DNA from: Amphritea sp. HPY
Lineage (GTDB): Bacteria; Pseudomonadota; Gammaproteobacteria; Pseudomonadales; Balneatricaceae
Direction: 5' to 3'
Length of the DNA stretch: 64,000 nt
Assembly (NCBI RefSeq): GCF_050870985.1
Contig: NZ_CP194015.1
Location: 1,941,407-2,005,406, forward strand
Made by a program: the position numbers and the translations under genes. Shown here one piece after another: positions 11,528 to 22,819 of the stretch (position 1 is its first letter; the number at the start of each line of letters is the position of its first letter). The notes beneath the pieces are model-generated. The model made no database searches. It saw only the letters and a list, made by a program, of their open reading frames with translations, and was not told the DNA's origin.

Positions 11528-11778
11528 GGAGCTCAATAAAGATCTAAAAAAATGGCTCTATCGATACACGCCACCATCGACAAACAAGATTAAACGACAA
11601 CAGATAAGCCCACGCCTTAGTAGTTGTTTTTACAAATTCTTTCCTGACCTTCGCGCCTAAGCAATGCTCTTATCTATTACTGATAGCATCTCAACCTTCA
11701 CACGCTGTATCATCACCTCTATCGATGAAGAGAAACAGTTCTAACTATATTCTTTAGCAAGCTGCAGGATAGACAACC

Positions 11779-12642
11779 TTGGCAACCCAACAATCCCGCT
11801 TACTGCTCGGCGCAAGCCTGGCCCTGGCCACCTCATTAGTGATGAGCCTGGCTGCTGCGGCGATTAAATATACTGCCGGTTATGTTTCGGTTGAACAGAT
11901 CGTACTGGCTCAGTATCTGATCTGTGTCGCGGTAATGCTGCCCTGGCTGTGGCGTAAAGGCCCGACAGTTCTGAAAACCGAGCGCCCACTATTGCATCTG
12001 ATTCGCGGTGCGGCAGGCTGGCTCTGTTTTTACTCCTACTATCTGGCATTAGATGCCATTCCAATGGTCGATGCTGCTCTGCTGCGTAACGCCGCGCCAC
12101 TTTGCGTACCATTTGTCTTATTAGCATGGCAGGGCTATCGCATGCCATGGCTAAACTGGCTACCGATACTGATCGGTTTTGTCGGCATCGCCCTGGTCTT
12201 AAAACCCGATGGCAGCAACCTCAGCATCTGGTACCTGGTAGCCTTTGGCTCGGCGATCACTCTGGCGGGTTCTATTGTAACCACCCGGGTTTTGACCGCT
12301 AGCGAGCCAACCAACCGTATCCTGTTTTACTATTTTGGTTTTTCAGCCGTATGCAGCCTGCCCCTGGCCATCATTAACTGGCAGCAGGTGCCGCTGTTTA
12401 CCCTGCCGCTGATGCTGGCAATCGGGCTCTCAATATGGATAATCATGTGGCTCTATACCCGGGCCTACAGCTACGCAAAAGCGTCGGTGATCTCACCAAT
12501 CAGCTATTTCGGGGTTGTTTTTACTGGCATACTGGGCTGGCTTTTCTGGCAGCAAGTACCTGATATGATTGCAATTATCGGTGCAGCACTTATTATCACA
12601 GGCGGTATCGGCTCAGTGTATTTAGGCAGAGAAAAGGATTAA
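11779..12642 (+). CDS. DMT-superfamily (EamA-like) transporter.
   Basis: 287 aa with about 10 TM helices and two EamA-like halves. Confidence 0.7.
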   Translation: MATQQSRLLLGASLALATSLVMSLAAAAIKYTAGYVSVEQIVLAQYLICVAVMLPWLWRKGPTVLKTERPLLHLIRGAAGWLCFYSYYLALDAIPMVDAALLRNAAPLCVPFVLLAWQGYRMPWLNWLPILIGFVGIALVLKPDGSNLSIWYLVAFGSAITLAGSIVTTRVLTASEPTNRILFYYFGFSAVCSLPLAIINWQQVPLFTLPLMLAIGLSIWIIMWLYTRAYSYAKASVISPISYFGVVFTGILGWLFWQQVPDMIAIIGAALIITGGIGSVYLGREKD

Positions 12643-12644
12643 CG

Positions 12645-12962
12645 ATGTACTTTGAATTATCAGACCTGCTCTGGCTAACCTTCCTTGGTCTGGCCGGGTT
12701 ACATTGGTGGCATGGCCAGAAAGCCAAAGAGATCGCGCTCAGAACCGCCCAAAAGCATTGTAAAGAGCTGGATCTGCAGCTACTGGATCAAGGTATCTAT
12801 CTGCGCGGTTTCTGGTTCAAGCGGGATGAAAAAGGCGCTATCAGAATCTGGCGCTCCTACCAGTTTGATTTCACAGCCACCGGCGATGATCGCGCCAAAG
12901 GACGGGTGGCGATGCTCGGCTTTAAAGTGACCGGCATATCACTTGAGGCGCATCGAATCTAA
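12645..12962 (+). CDS. DUF3301-family protein.
   Basis: 105 aa. N-terminal hydrophobic segment followed by a basic region. Resembles DUF3301. Confidence 0.45.
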   Translation: MYFELSDLLWLTFLGLAGLHWWHGQKAKEIALRTAQKHCKELDLQLLDQGIYLRGFWFKRDEKGAIRIWRSYQFDFTATGDDRAKGRVAMLGFKVTGISLEAHRI

Positions 12963-14599
12963 TCTGATGCGCCAGCCTGCGATACTCTGAAACCAGTCAA
13001 CTGCTGCTGTAAGTCCGTACTCATTTCAGTCATATCTAAACTGTATTTTGCACTGGCCTCACCTTCTGTCTTTACATCCTGAAAACTCTGATCCATCAGG
13101 GTAAAACTGTTAGTCACCGTTTCCAAATTACTATTCTGCAAAGCCACCGACTGCACTATCTCTTCTGCTGAACCGGAAATGTTAGCCATAACCTCCTGCA
13201 GGTGTGCCAGATTCTCCCGCGCATGCTCTATCTCGCTAACACTCTCACGTGAGCCATTCTCACCCAGCGCCATTGCAGTAACAACCCGTTGCGTGCCCTG
13301 CTGAATCGCCTCGACCATCGACTGCACTTCCATAGTGGAGTGCCGTGTTTTAGCTGCGAGATTACGCACCTCATCAGCGACTACCGCAAAGCCACGCCCA
13401 GTATCTCCTGCTCGAGCAGCTTCAATAGAAGCATTCAACGCCAGTAAGTTAGTCTGTTCAGCAATACCATTGATCACATCAATAACAGAAGCTACCGCCT
13501 CACTATCCTGCTTCAGCTGCGCCACTGCATCGGAAGCCCCCCGCATCTCATCAGACAGGTTATTCAGGCTACCACTAAGGCCCGCAATTACATTACCACC
13601 GTCGGTAACCACTTGATCACCGTAGCTGGTTGCCTCATTGATCTTAAAAGCTTCGTCGTATACCTGCCTGGCAATGTCAGCCGTAACATCGATAGATTCA
13701 CGCAGCATCATGCTCTGCTGATTTTGTTCGCTGGCCTGCTGATTAATAAAGGTATTGGTCTGCGCAAGATTTTGCGACAACGGCACCAGCTTAATAACCG
13801 AACCAACCACCCCGGACACCATCTGATCACTCATAGCGATGAACCGGTTAACACCACGCCCCAGCTCGGTAACCTCGTCGTTACCGCTAAGCTTTAACCT
13901 GTGGGTAAGGTCCACCTGACCTTCAGACAGAGAATCGACCATAGTCTGCATGCGACGAATCGGACGCAGAACATAGTGAACAGTCCCGCTAAACAGCAAC
14001 ACCATCATCAATATCATCGCGCCAAGAAAGAGATCACCGAGCTGCCGGCTTAACTCAGCACTGTTTATCTGCCGGGTCATCGATAACTCTGACTCCGATA
14101 GGCTCACAGTCATTAATTGATCTATCTGCTGATATATAGCACTGGCAGCCCGATCAAAATCCGCCATCATCCGGTTACCCGCCACAGGGCCTTGCGCGAC
14201 ATAAGCTTCGGCCATTGTGATACCGGCCTGATAGTAATTATCGAACACCACCAATAAGGCCTGGTAACGCTCACTGTTTGCGCTATCCAATTGCTCGAGT
14301 TGCAGCAAGGTCTGACGAAAAGAGATAGCCGACTTCTTCGCTTCATCAAAGCCATCATCGAGACCGTCCAGCCCACGGGTTGCACTGATATCCGTAAGCC
14401 ATTGCTGCACCTGAATCACATCGACCTGCAATGTTTGCGAATGTTCCAACACCGGCTGGTAGAACTGACTATAACGGAGTGCTTCAGAATACACCTGATC
14501 AGACTGGCGATGGGTAAACCAGGCCTGTGCCGCGAGAATCAGGATCACGATGCCAAAGAAAATAATTCCTTTACTACGAATACTACCGGCGTTCATCAA
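12959..14599 (-). CDS. Methyl-accepting chemotaxis protein.
   Basis: 546 aa. N-terminal TM and sensor region, HAMP, and the conserved MCP signalling domain (...[31 protein letters not shown]...). Confidence 0.9.
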   Translation of the reverse strand: MMNAGSIRSKGIIFFGIVILILAAQAWFTHRQSDQVYSEALRYSQFYQPVLEHSQTLQVDVIQVQQWLTDISATRGLDGLDDGFDEAKKSAISFRQTLLQLEQLDSANSERYQALLVVFDNYYQAGITMAEAYVAQGPVAGNRMMADFDRAASAIYQQIDQLMTVSLSESELSMTRQINSAELSRQLGDLFLGAMILMMVLLFSGTVHYVLRPIRRMQTMVDSLSEGQVDLTHRLKLSGNDEVTELGRGVNRFIAMSDQMVSGVVGSVIKLVPLSQNLAQTNTFINQQASEQNQQSMMLRESIDVTADIARQVYDEAFKINEATSYGDQVVTDGGNVIAGLSGSLNNLSDEMRGASDAVAQLKQDSEAVASVIDVINGIAEQTNLLALNASIEAARAGDTGRGFAVVADEVRNLAAKTRHSTMEVQSMVEAIQQGTQRVVTAMALGENGSRESVSEIEHARENLAHLQEVMANISGSAEEIVQSVALQNSNLETVTNSFTLMDQSFQDVKTEGEASAKYSLDMTEMSTDLQQQLTGFRVSQAGASD

Positions 14600-14846
14600 T
14601 CACCTTCTATTACCTTTAAAGCCAGATAACCACAAATTAAATAAGCCTAAACAGAAACTAACAAACAGGCTAAGCCTATCCAAACCTATATATACCACTT
14701 TGGGAGGTGGTATTAGAGAGTGCCTGGAAATAGGCAACAGTTATCTAATGCGCAATAAAAAAGAGCGCATAACAGGATAGAGTTATATAAAAAATCGACA
14801 GGGAATCATAAGTTACTGGCCAGCTACCACAGCTGGCCGAAAGACC

Positions 14847-15845
14847 TTAAAACTGCAAGACCGCCAGCTTCAGTGGGTATTTACCATCGGGGGATGGAAA
14901 ATCACTTTCCGGGGTGATTATATCCAGCTCACGCACCGGCCGTCCCGCCTTAGAAGCGCAACGTCGGACCACATCCAACCAGTCATCTAAACCAACACTG
15001 GCAACATTGTTAGCACAGACCAACTGCCCCCCCTCTTTCACGGCCAGCAAAGAAGGCTTCAGCACACTGGGGTAATCACGAATCAGATCAACGGTACCAA
15101 AGGCGCTCTTCGCCCAACGAGGCGGATCAAGAAACACCAGATCGAACTGTTCCTCGTCGATATGTGGAAAGGGCTTGGGTTTGCGCCCCCGGCCAACCCG
15201 CTGTTTAATCGGAATACCGGCAAGCTGCTTTGCAGCTGTAAAAAAATCACTCTGAAAAAATTCGATCTGTGACCGGTCCAGATTATTCAATTCGGCGTTG
15301 CGTTTGCCTACATCAAGCGAGCGGGTAGAAAAATCGACATTCAGCACCCGGTTGGCACCCGCGCTGGCTGCAACGACACCGACACCGCAGGTATAGGAAA
15401 ACAGATTCAGAACCGACTTATCAGCAGCGTTCTGCTGCACCCAACGCCGCCCGGCCCGCATATCTAGAAACAGTAGTGGATCCTGCCCCTGATGCTTACC
15501 TTTAACGAGGTAACTAACACCCAGCTCGAGACCGGTATATTCCTGCCCATCGATCCTTTGCTCATCACTGCGGCGAGAATTCTTCTGGCTACGGTCGTTG
15601 TAAACCAGTTGCAACGGTTTACCCAACTGCTCTTCAACTGCCTGCTGAATCTGCTCGGCATCCGTCTGGCTGATCGACTGATGAAAGGTCTGAATCAATA
15701 GCTGCGGGCCATATCGATCAACGGTAAGACCGGAACAACCTTCATTGGTCCCATGAAACAAGCGATAACAGTCAGTATTTTCATTGTGCAGCTGATCCAG
15801 TAAACCGGTGCGGTTTGCCAGCGCCTGTTGCAGCAGAGCTATCAT
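14847..15845 (-). CDS. Class I SAM-dependent (r)RNA methyltransferase, RlmI-like.
   Basis: 332 aa with an LDPPRWA motif IV and a Rossmann-like SAM fold. Confidence 0.65.
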   Translation of the reverse strand: MIALLQQALANRTGLLDQLHNENTDCYRLFHGTNEGCSGLTVDRYGPQLLIQTFHQSISQTDAEQIQQAVEEQLGKPLQLVYNDRSQKNSRRSDEQRIDGQEYTGLELGVSYLVKGKHQGQDPLLFLDMRAGRRWVQQNAADKSVLNLFSYTCGVGVVAASAGANRVLNVDFSTRSLDVGKRNAELNNLDRSQIEFFQSDFFTAAKQLAGIPIKQRVGRGRKPKPFPHIDEEQFDLVFLDPPRWAKSAFGTVDLIRDYPSVLKPSLLAVKEGGQLVCANNVASVGLDDWLDVVRRCASKAGRPVRELDIITPESDFPSPDGKYPLKLAVLQF

Positions 15846-16405
15846 TAAAATTCCTTAAGCGTTGTCAGAATCAATTCGAGTCTCTGACGAGGGTTATCCA
15901 ACTCAAGCATCTGCTGTTTTTCAGATCCTGAAAATGGCAATAGATCAGCAATTTGATAGCTAATAGTGATCGCATCGGTTGCGAGTAGATCCAGAGGCAG
16001 GAATGATACCAGAGGATGCTGCTGAATATGCTGTAATATCTCATCAAGCTCATCATGAGCATCTAAAGAGGTCGATTCAGCCTTTAACAGCTCCAGGTTA
16101 GCGACTATAAGGCCATCCTTTTCACTACTGAATTCAAGCACACGAACTTTCGAGAGACCTTTCAGCTCAATACCGATCATTTCATTAGGTAGCGGATGCC
16201 AATCGACAATTTCGCCATAGGTGCCAGTAAGATGAAAGCTGATATCCGGATGTTTACTATCCTTTCCCTGAACTACCGCAAAGCCACTATTCCGGGCAAG
16301 ACACTCTTTAACCATGCGCCGATACCGCAGCTCAAAAATCTGCAAGGGCAGCAAGGTCTCGGGAAATAACACAACAGGCAGGGGAAACAGCGGTATAGAT
16401 TTCAT
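15845..16405 (-). CDS. LON peptidase substrate-binding (Lon N-terminal) domain protein.
   Basis: 186 aa, MKSIPLFPLPVVLFPETLLPLQIFELRYRRM... matches a Lon N-domain. Confidence 0.75.
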   Translation of the reverse strand: MKSIPLFPLPVVLFPETLLPLQIFELRYRRMVKECLARNSGFAVVQGKDSKHPDISFHLTGTYGEIVDWHPLPNEMIGIELKGLSKVRVLEFSSEKDGLIVANLELLKAESTSLDAHDELDEILQHIQQHPLVSFLPLDLLATDAITISYQIADLLPFSGSEKQQMLELDNPRQRLELILTTLKEF

Positions 16406-16432
16406 CAGATCAGTATAGCGACTGAGTAATCT

Positions 16433-18007
16433 TTATGCCCCGGAGGCCAGAACGGCTTTATTAAGATTGTAGTTAATTCTGGCCAGATGCCGGCTAACCC
16501 GGCGAGTCCAGCGAATTGCCTCAAGCATATCGGTTCCCTGCGGTACATCTATTTGGGAGTCAGCTATCGCCTGGGTAACCTGATCACGGCACTGACTACT
16601 GTCCTCCTCAATTCTGATACGGCAACGATTAGCACGTAGATATGCATCCATCCACCGGCCACTGCTGATATCCTGATCGACCCCCGACACGGTTGCACTA
16701 AGCAACTGACACATACTTTCAAGAGGCCTTGCAGTGCTGGCTGTAATAGCCCGGTCACTTTCCTCTTCACAACGCTCATGTAATCTTTGCAAGTGATCCA
16801 AGGCATGTAGCAAGCCCCTTAATCGGGCCATATCAACGGAGGTTCCTGCGATAATCAGATCAAGATAACGATGGGTTTCATCCAGTGATCGCTGCAAGTC
16901 AGCCAGTGCTTTTCGCTCGGTTTCATCACCACTAAGAATGGCTTCAAGATAGCTCAGTAAGACCTGGTACTCTTGCAACACTGAGCGTTGCACTGCGTTA
17001 AGCGCCAGCCCTGGCTGACTCAGCAGCACATCCTCAAGCCCCCGGGTCAGTGCATCAGCCGGGGCTGGAAACAGCCACACTATAAGCCTCTCAAACTGCC
17101 GGGTGCATGGCAGCACCAGAATTACACCGATCAGATTAAAACTACTATGAAAGCCAACCAGAGCAAGCTCTGCTTCACGCTCAATCAGCCCCGGTTGTAT
17201 CCATTCCAGCATCTGCTGAAACGGTGTAATCAGAAATAACGCGACTAATCCCGTGCCCAGATTATAAATAACATGGGAAAAACCGGTTCTGCGAGCATCA
17301 ATGCTGCCACCTATTGTTGCCAGTGCCGCAGTCACCGTAGTGCCGATATCCATACCTATAACGATAGCCGCCCCATGCTGCCACTGAATCAGCCCCGCAA
17401 ACAGGGCGGATAAAACCGCAGCAATACCTGCACTCGAAGATTGAGTAACCAGGGTAAAAGCGACTCCCAATAGCACCAACTGTATACGCCCGCTAAGACT
17501 GTCTCCCGGCAATCCACTGAAATCAAAAACAGCCTGCAGCCCTGCCATCCCTTCCTGAAGCGTAGTCACACCAACAAAAATAAGACCAAACCCTGCCAGC
17601 GCAAAGCCGATATTGGATATCCTGCCCCGCCTGAATAACTTAAGCACTGTGCCAACAAAAACAATGGGCAACGCGATGACGCCAAGCTTTACCTTAAAAC
17701 CAAGCAGCGCAACCAGCCAGCCGGTCAGTGTAGTTCCAAGGTTTGCTCCGAAAATGACCCCAAGTGCGTTCTGAAAGCTCATCAGTTCAGCACCAACAAA
17801 GCCGACTGCAGCAACTGTTGTGGCGCTGGAAGATTGCAAAACTGCAGTGCAAAATACCCCCATGACAGCCCCGGTCGCCGGGGTCCGTGTGAAACGCATC
17901 AAGCCGGCTCGCAGTGAATCTCCTGCCAGCGTCTTCAGGGCATCGGTCATTATCACCATGCCCAGTAGAAAAATACCCAATCCACCGATGATTATTATGT
18001 AAGGCAT
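16433..18007 (-). CDS. Na+/Pi cotransporter family protein (NptA-like, with PhoU-like C-terminus).
   Basis: Duplicated QSSSATT / QSSSAG motifs. The start is moved to the internal ATG (MPYIIIIGG...) at 18007. The longer ORF from 18085 has no RBS and begins inside the upstream terminator. Confidence 0.8.
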   Translation of the reverse strand: MPYIIIIGGLGIFLLGMVIMTDALKTLAGDSLRAGLMRFTRTPATGAVMGVFCTAVLQSSSATTVAAVGFVGAELMSFQNALGVIFGANLGTTLTGWLVALLGFKVKLGVIALPIVFVGTVLKLFRRGRISNIGFALAGFGLIFVGVTTLQEGMAGLQAVFDFSGLPGDSLSGRIQLVLLGVAFTLVTQSSSAGIAAVLSALFAGLIQWQHGAAIVIGMDIGTTVTAALATIGGSIDARRTGFSHVIYNLGTGLVALFLITPFQQMLEWIQPGLIEREAELALVGFHSSFNLIGVILVLPCTRQFERLIVWLFPAPADALTRGLEDVLLSQPGLALNAVQRSVLQEYQVLLSYLEAILSGDETERKALADLQRSLDETHRYLDLIIAGTSVDMARLRGLLHALDHLQRLHERCEEESDRAITASTARPLESMCQLLSATVSGVDQDISSGRWMDAYLRANRCRIRIEEDSSQCRDQVTQAIADSQIDVPQGTDMLEAIRWTRRVSRHLARINYNLNKAVLASGA

Positions 18008-18095
18008 CAGATGTAAAATACAAACGCTCCTGAAAAGTGCATTCTGCGTTAATAAAGATGTAACACAGGATGGCAAACCGCGCATTTTTCAGGGC

Positions 18096-18126
18096 AAAAA
18101 AAATCACCCCGATGGGGTGATTTTTT
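18096..18126. terminator. Bidirectional rho-independent terminator after mqo.
   Basis: A-run, TCACCCC-GAT-GGGGTGA hairpin, then TTTTTT. Confidence 0.6.
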
Positions 18127-18143
18127 AATTCAGGTCTGCTTAC

Positions 18144-19637
18144 TTACTGATAATCGCGGTCCAGATTAAGCGTAGACAATGTACGTTTCCGGCTAGCACG
18201 CAGCAGCTCGCCGTCCGAGGTCAGATCCTGACCATAAGTCGGCACCATCTGCTTCAGTTTTTCCTGCCATTCAGCCGTCGCCATCTGCTCGGGGAAACAA
18301 CGCTCGAGCACATCGATCATTGTAGGCGTTGCAGTAGACGCACCAGGGGAAGCGCCTAACAGCGCAGCCAGCCTGCGGTCTTCAGAAGAGATAACTTCGG
18401 TACCAAACTCAAGCTTGCCTTTACCGGATTCATTCTTTTTGATGATCTGAACCCGCTGGCCCGCATAGGACAACTCCCAGTCATCATCTTTAGCGCCCGG
18501 GAAGAAACGACGCAGTGCATCCACACGATCAGAATGGGACTGCATCACTTCACTGATCAGGTAGCGGGTCAGATCCATATTCTTAGCCCCCACTTCCATC
18601 ATCGGCTTCAAGTTATTCAACCGCACACTCAACGGCATATCCATGACCGATCCCTCTTTCAGGAACTTGGTCGTAAAGCCGGCAAACGGGCCAAACAGCA
18701 GGGCACGCTTGCCATCGATGACCCGGCTATCCAGATGCGGTACCGACATCGGCGGAGCACCGATAGGCGCCTGACCATAGACCTTTGCCATATGCTGTTC
18801 GACGATTTCCGGCTTATTACACACCAGCCACTGACCGCTAACGGGAAAACCACCGTAGCCGTCACTTTCAGGAATACCGGACTTTTGCAGCAACGGTAAC
18901 GCTCCGCCGCCAGCACCCAGAAACAGAAAGCGGGTACGAATGGATTCGGTATTACCGGTATGGCCATTTTTCAGCTCTACCTTCCAGTCACCATCGGAGT
19001 ACTGAACCATATCCTCAACAGAACGACTCAGCAGCAGCTCGAAATTATCCTGCTGTTCCAGATAATCAACCATATTACGGGCCAGCGCACCGAAGTTCAC
19101 ATCGGCGCCGTAACGCACCCGGGTCCCCGCAACAGGCTCATCGGCAGCGCGATTCTGCATAATCAGTGGCATCCACTGTGACAGAATTTCAGGATCATCC
19201 GAAAATTCCATCTCGGCAAATTGCGGCTGGGAACTCAGCGCGGCATGACGCTGACGGAGGAATTCAACGTTCTCTGCACCCATAACAAAGCTCTGGTGCG
19301 GTACGTTATTGATAAAATTATGGGGTTCCGGCAGAGAGCCCTGCTCTACCAGATAGGACCAGAACTGAAGACTGGTTTCAAACGCGCCGTTTATAGCAAA
19401 AGCCTTGTCGGTATTGATACTACCGTCAGGATTCTGTGAAGTATAATTCAACTCACAATAGGCGGCATGGCCTGTACCTGCGTTATTCATCGCGTCGGTA
19501 CTTTCGCTGGCAACGTGATCGAGACGTTCAACCATAGCGATTTTCAAAGATGGGTCCAGCTGTTTAAGCAAAACCCCCAAAGTAGTACTCATTGCACCTG
19601 CACCGACCAGCAGTACATCAACAGATTTTGAGGTCAT
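18144..19637 (-). CDS. mqo: Malate:quinone oxidoreductase.
   Basis: 497 aa. N-terminal VLLVGAGAMSTTLG FAD motif and Mqo-family length. Confidence 0.92.
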   Translation of the reverse strand: MTSKSVDVLLVGAGAMSTTLGVLLKQLDPSLKIAMVERLDHVASESTDAMNNAGTGHAAYCELNYTSQNPDGSINTDKAFAINGAFETSLQFWSYLVEQGSLPEPHNFINNVPHQSFVMGAENVEFLRQRHAALSSQPQFAEMEFSDDPEILSQWMPLIMQNRAADEPVAGTRVRYGADVNFGALARNMVDYLEQQDNFELLLSRSVEDMVQYSDGDWKVELKNGHTGNTESIRTRFLFLGAGGGALPLLQKSGIPESDGYGGFPVSGQWLVCNKPEIVEQHMAKVYGQAPIGAPPMSVPHLDSRVIDGKRALLFGPFAGFTTKFLKEGSVMDMPLSVRLNNLKPMMEVGAKNMDLTRYLISEVMQSHSDRVDALRRFFPGAKDDDWELSYAGQRVQIIKKNESGKGKLEFGTEVISSEDRRLAALLGASPGASTATPTMIDVLERCFPEQMATAEWQEKLKQMVPTYGQDLTSDGELLRASRKRTLSTLNLDRDYQ

Positions 19638-20093
19638 AAATACTTCGCCATTTAACAGTAATTAATGGAAGTTGAGACGACATCCGAACATGGCTTGTGA
19701 CCAGAGCAGAGGCCATATAACAAATCTGTCATATTCAAGCCGTATGCTAGTCCGGACAATCTCTCAGGCAGCTATGGTCAGATAATTATCGATATACTCA
19801 CTCAATCGACAAGCTGAGAGCCATGCTGTTACTGTGGCGCTGATTATACTTATTCCTACCAAAAAATCTTGTGCAATGCGGCAAAAAGTACTCATCCCTT
19901 TGGGTTATTGTCAGCCTAAAGTAGTAGATATTACTGTTTTTTGAGACTTTTACAGACTAAAGGCGTACAACAGAATTTTCCTCTGTTTTTCATGCATTTG
20001 AATCATATTTTTCCTGCGCCTGTTACCAGCAATTTTTCCCCCTTCCTACCAGCAGCTTTGTTATGCTCTGTACAAACCAAAGGAGACAGATTA

Positions 20094-21176
20094 ATGGCAC
20101 ACAGCTCAAGGACGGCCGTTCTCACTGCAATCTGCGCGAACGGGATAGTCACGGTTATCAAATTTTTTGCCGCTATGGCAGGCGGTTCAGCATCGATGAT
20201 GAACGAAGCGGTTCATAGCCTGATGGACACTCTGAACCAGGCCTTCCTGCTTTTCGGTCTGATCCATGCCGATAAACCCGCCGATGAGCAATATGCTTTC
20301 GGTCACGGCCAGAAGAAATATCTGTGGAACCTGTGGAGCGCCATCGGTCTGTTCTCGATAGGCTGCGGCCTTGGACTGGCCCATGCCTGGCACAGCTACC
20401 ATAGCCCGGCGAGCGAAGCGGCAACCGACACGGTAATACTCGGTCTGAGCCTCAGCCCGCTGGTTCTCAGCCTCAGCGTGTTGTTTATCGCATTCATTCT
20501 GGAAGGCTACTCCTTCCTGGTCGCGTTAAAGGAGTTCCTGCAACGGATGAAAGCAGATAAACACCAGGGAGCTTTCAGTTATCTGCTGAAGTGTGAAGAC
20601 GCCACATTAGTCGCAGTCGTACTGGAAGACTCTGTCGCCATGCTTGGCCTGCTCATGGCCGCTATCGGCATCAGCCTGTCTGCGCTAACCGGCAATCCAT
20701 TCTGGGATATTCTGTTTTCAGCCGCGATTGCAACGATGCTAGGCTGTATCGCCTTTTATCTTGGCTACATCAACATGCGCTTTCTCACCGATATGCGTGA
20801 CATAAAAGCTGAACAACTGCTATCGCAGGTGGTAGCACAGCACCCTGAGATCGATCGCCATCACGATCTGCGTTCGATTATTCTGGACGAGCAAACCACT
20901 ATTCTGGTTGCCGAAATAGAGCTACGGGAAGAAGCAATCGTCAGCGGCCTGCACGCTCGCCTGGAACAGGAGCGCGAGAAACTGGCCCAACACATTCCTG
21001 ATGACAAGAAACAGGACGCCGCACTTGCGGAATATATCGATGCCAGAGCCGCTGTTCAGGTCACCCTGGAACGTACGGAAGAGATAATCCGAGAACTGGA
21101 AATGACCATTCGCGATAGCCTGCCAAGGGTCAGCCATATCACTATCGAGGTCAAAGGCATTACCGACGCTAAATAA
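20094..21176 (+). CDS. Cation diffusion facilitator (CDF) family metal transporter.
   Basis: Start placed at ATG 20094, preceded by an AAGGAGA RBS. 6 TM helices plus a cytoplasmic C-terminal domain. The upstream in-frame extension lacks an RBS. Confidence 0.8.
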   Translation: MAHSSRTAVLTAICANGIVTVIKFFAAMAGGSASMMNEAVHSLMDTLNQAFLLFGLIHADKPADEQYAFGHGQKKYLWNLWSAIGLFSIGCGLGLAHAWHSYHSPASEAATDTVILGLSLSPLVLSLSVLFIAFILEGYSFLVALKEFLQRMKADKHQGAFSYLLKCEDATLVAVVLEDSVAMLGLLMAAIGISLSALTGNPFWDILFSAAIATMLGCIAFYLGYINMRFLTDMRDIKAEQLLSQVVAQHPEIDRHHDLRSIILDEQTTILVAEIELREEAIVSGLHARLEQEREKLAQHIPDDKKQDAALAEYIDARAAVQVTLERTEEIIRELEMTIRDSLPRVSHITIEVKGITDAK

Positions 21177-21308
21177 AAGGCATTACCGGCACTTAATAAA
21201 AGGCATTACCGGCACTTAATAAAAGGCATTACCGGCACTTATTAAAAGACATTACCGGTACTTATTAAAAGGTATTACCGGTACTTATTAAAAGGTATTA
21301 CCGATAAA
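21152..21308. repeat. Tandem direct repeat array of about 6.8 copies of a 23-bp unit (AAAAGGCATTACCGGCACTTAAT).
   Basis: Read directly from the sequence. The first degenerate unit is the last 23 nt of the CDF ORF (..GITDAK*). Later units drift toward TACCGGTA. Confidence 0.9.
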
Positions 21309-21318
21309 CCTAAAAACC

Positions 21319-21348
21319 AAAAAAGGCGACCTCGCGGTCGCCTTTTTA
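21319..21348. terminator. Bidirectional rho-independent terminator between the CDF gene and fabV.
   Basis: A-run, GGCGACC-TCGC-GGTCGCC hairpin, then TTTTT. Confidence 0.6.
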
Positions 21349-21363
21349 GTTTCAGATCTGATA

Positions 21364-22557
21364 TCAGATATCGATCACATCGAACTCAACCAGCGGGCTG
21401 ACCTCAGCGTCGTAATCAACGCCATCGACACCAAAACCAAACAGCTTCAGGAATTCGTCCTTATACAGCTGATAATCGGTAACATCGAACAGATTTTCAG
21501 AGGTCACCTGTGGCCACAGTTCGCGACACTTCTTCTGAATATCATCGCGTAGTTCCCAGTCATCCATTCGCAAACGGTTAGTGTCATCGACTGCGCCAGC
21601 ATCACCAGCGATCGCAGTATTGAACAGACGGAATACCTGCTCCATACAGCCTTCGTGAACACCCTCTTCGCGCATGATCTTAAAGACCATAGACAGGTAC
21701 AACGGCATAACAGGGATAGCAGAGCTGGCCTGAGTAACAACGGACTTCAGTACCGCAACGTTAGCACTGCCACCTTTCTTAGCCAGCGTCTCATTCAACG
21801 CAGCTGCAGCACGGTCAACATCTTTCTTAGCCTGACCCAGCGCACCATCCCAGTAGATCGGCCAGGTGATATCGGTACCGATATAGCTGTACGCAACAGA
21901 CTTACAACCATCAGCCAGAACACCGGCATCATTCAGAGCGTTGATCCACAGCTCCCAATCTTCACCACCCATCACTGTTACGGTATCAGCCACTTCCTCT
22001 TCGGTAGCAGGCTCGATCTCAGCTTCGATGATAACGTTCTTGTTGGTATCGATCGCAGTAGAACGGTAAGTTTCACCGATCGGCTTCAGGCAGGAGCGGA
22101 TCACCTCACCGGTTTCAGGCAACTTACGTACCGGAGACGCCAGCGAGTAAACCACCAGATCGATCTGACCCAGGTCTTCTTTAATCAGATCAATGGTCTT
22201 CTGCTTAGCTTCATTAGAGAAAGCATCACCATTCAGGCTTTTTGAGTATAAACCCGCTTCATGGGCCTTCTTGTCAAATGCCGCAGCGTTGTACCAACCC
22301 GCAGTACCGGTCTTACGCTCAGTGGCAGGCTTTTCAAAAAACACACCGATAGTCGCAGCACCACAACCAAACGCAGCAGAGATACGGGAAGACATACCGT
22401 AACCACTTGAAGAGCCGATCACTAATACCCGCTTCGGACCGTTTTCAACCGGGCCCTGAGCCTTAGTGTAATCGATCTGTTCCTGGATATTTTTGTCACA
22501 GCCGGTTGGATGCGTTGTCGTACAGATGAAACCACGAATCTTCGGTTTAATAATCAT
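21364..22557 (-). CDS. fabV: Trans-2-enoyl-CoA/ACP reductase FabV.
   Basis: 397 aa. [20 protein letters not shown]...[11 protein letters not shown] is diagnostic of FabV/TER. Confidence 0.92.
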   Translation of the reverse strand: MIIKPKIRGFICTTTHPTGCDKNIQEQIDYTKAQGPVENGPKRVLVIGSSSGYGMSSRISAAFGCGAATIGVFFEKPATERKTGTAGWYNAAAFDKKAHEAGLYSKSLNGDAFSNEAKQKTIDLIKEDLGQIDLVVYSLASPVRKLPETGEVIRSCLKPIGETYRSTAIDTNKNVIIEAEIEPATEEEVADTVTVMGGEDWELWINALNDAGVLADGCKSVAYSYIGTDITWPIYWDGALGQAKKDVDRAAAALNETLAKKGGSANVAVLKSVVTQASSAIPVMPLYLSMVFKIMREEGVHEGCMEQVFRLFNTAIAGDAGAVDDTNRLRMDDWELRDDIQKKCRELWPQVTSENLFDVTDYQLYKDEFLKLFGFGVDGVDYDAEVSPLVEFDVIDI

Positions 22558-22707
22558 GTTCTGTCCACTTTAGTTCGTCGTATATTGCCGCCCGAAAAAC
22601 CACTGGCGACCGATAAGGAATACAGTATAAGGGCAGCAACCTGAAGGTCAAAAGGCCCCTTAAAAATCAGCCCGTTAAGATACCTGATTTTGACTTTCTA
22701 ATACAGC

Positions 22708-22740
22708 AAAAAAAGCCCGTATCTGTTTCCAGATACGGGC
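22708..22740 (-). terminator. Rho-independent terminator of the etfBA operon.
   Basis: GCCCGTATCT-GTTTCC-AGATACGGGC hairpin, followed by a T-run on the minus strand. Confidence 0.6.
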
Positions 22741-22819
22741 TAATACAAGCATGAAGGGAGGACAACTACCCTTCAAAAGTGCAAAATAATGGGCTGTTTC
22801 CAGCCCTTAGCAGATCGAT

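Noticed and set aside
16433-18085. Longer N-terminus (from 18085) for the Na/Pi cotransporter
   Set aside because: The extension begins inside the mqo terminator hairpin and lacks an RBS. The conserved transporter body starts at MPYIIIIGG (18007).
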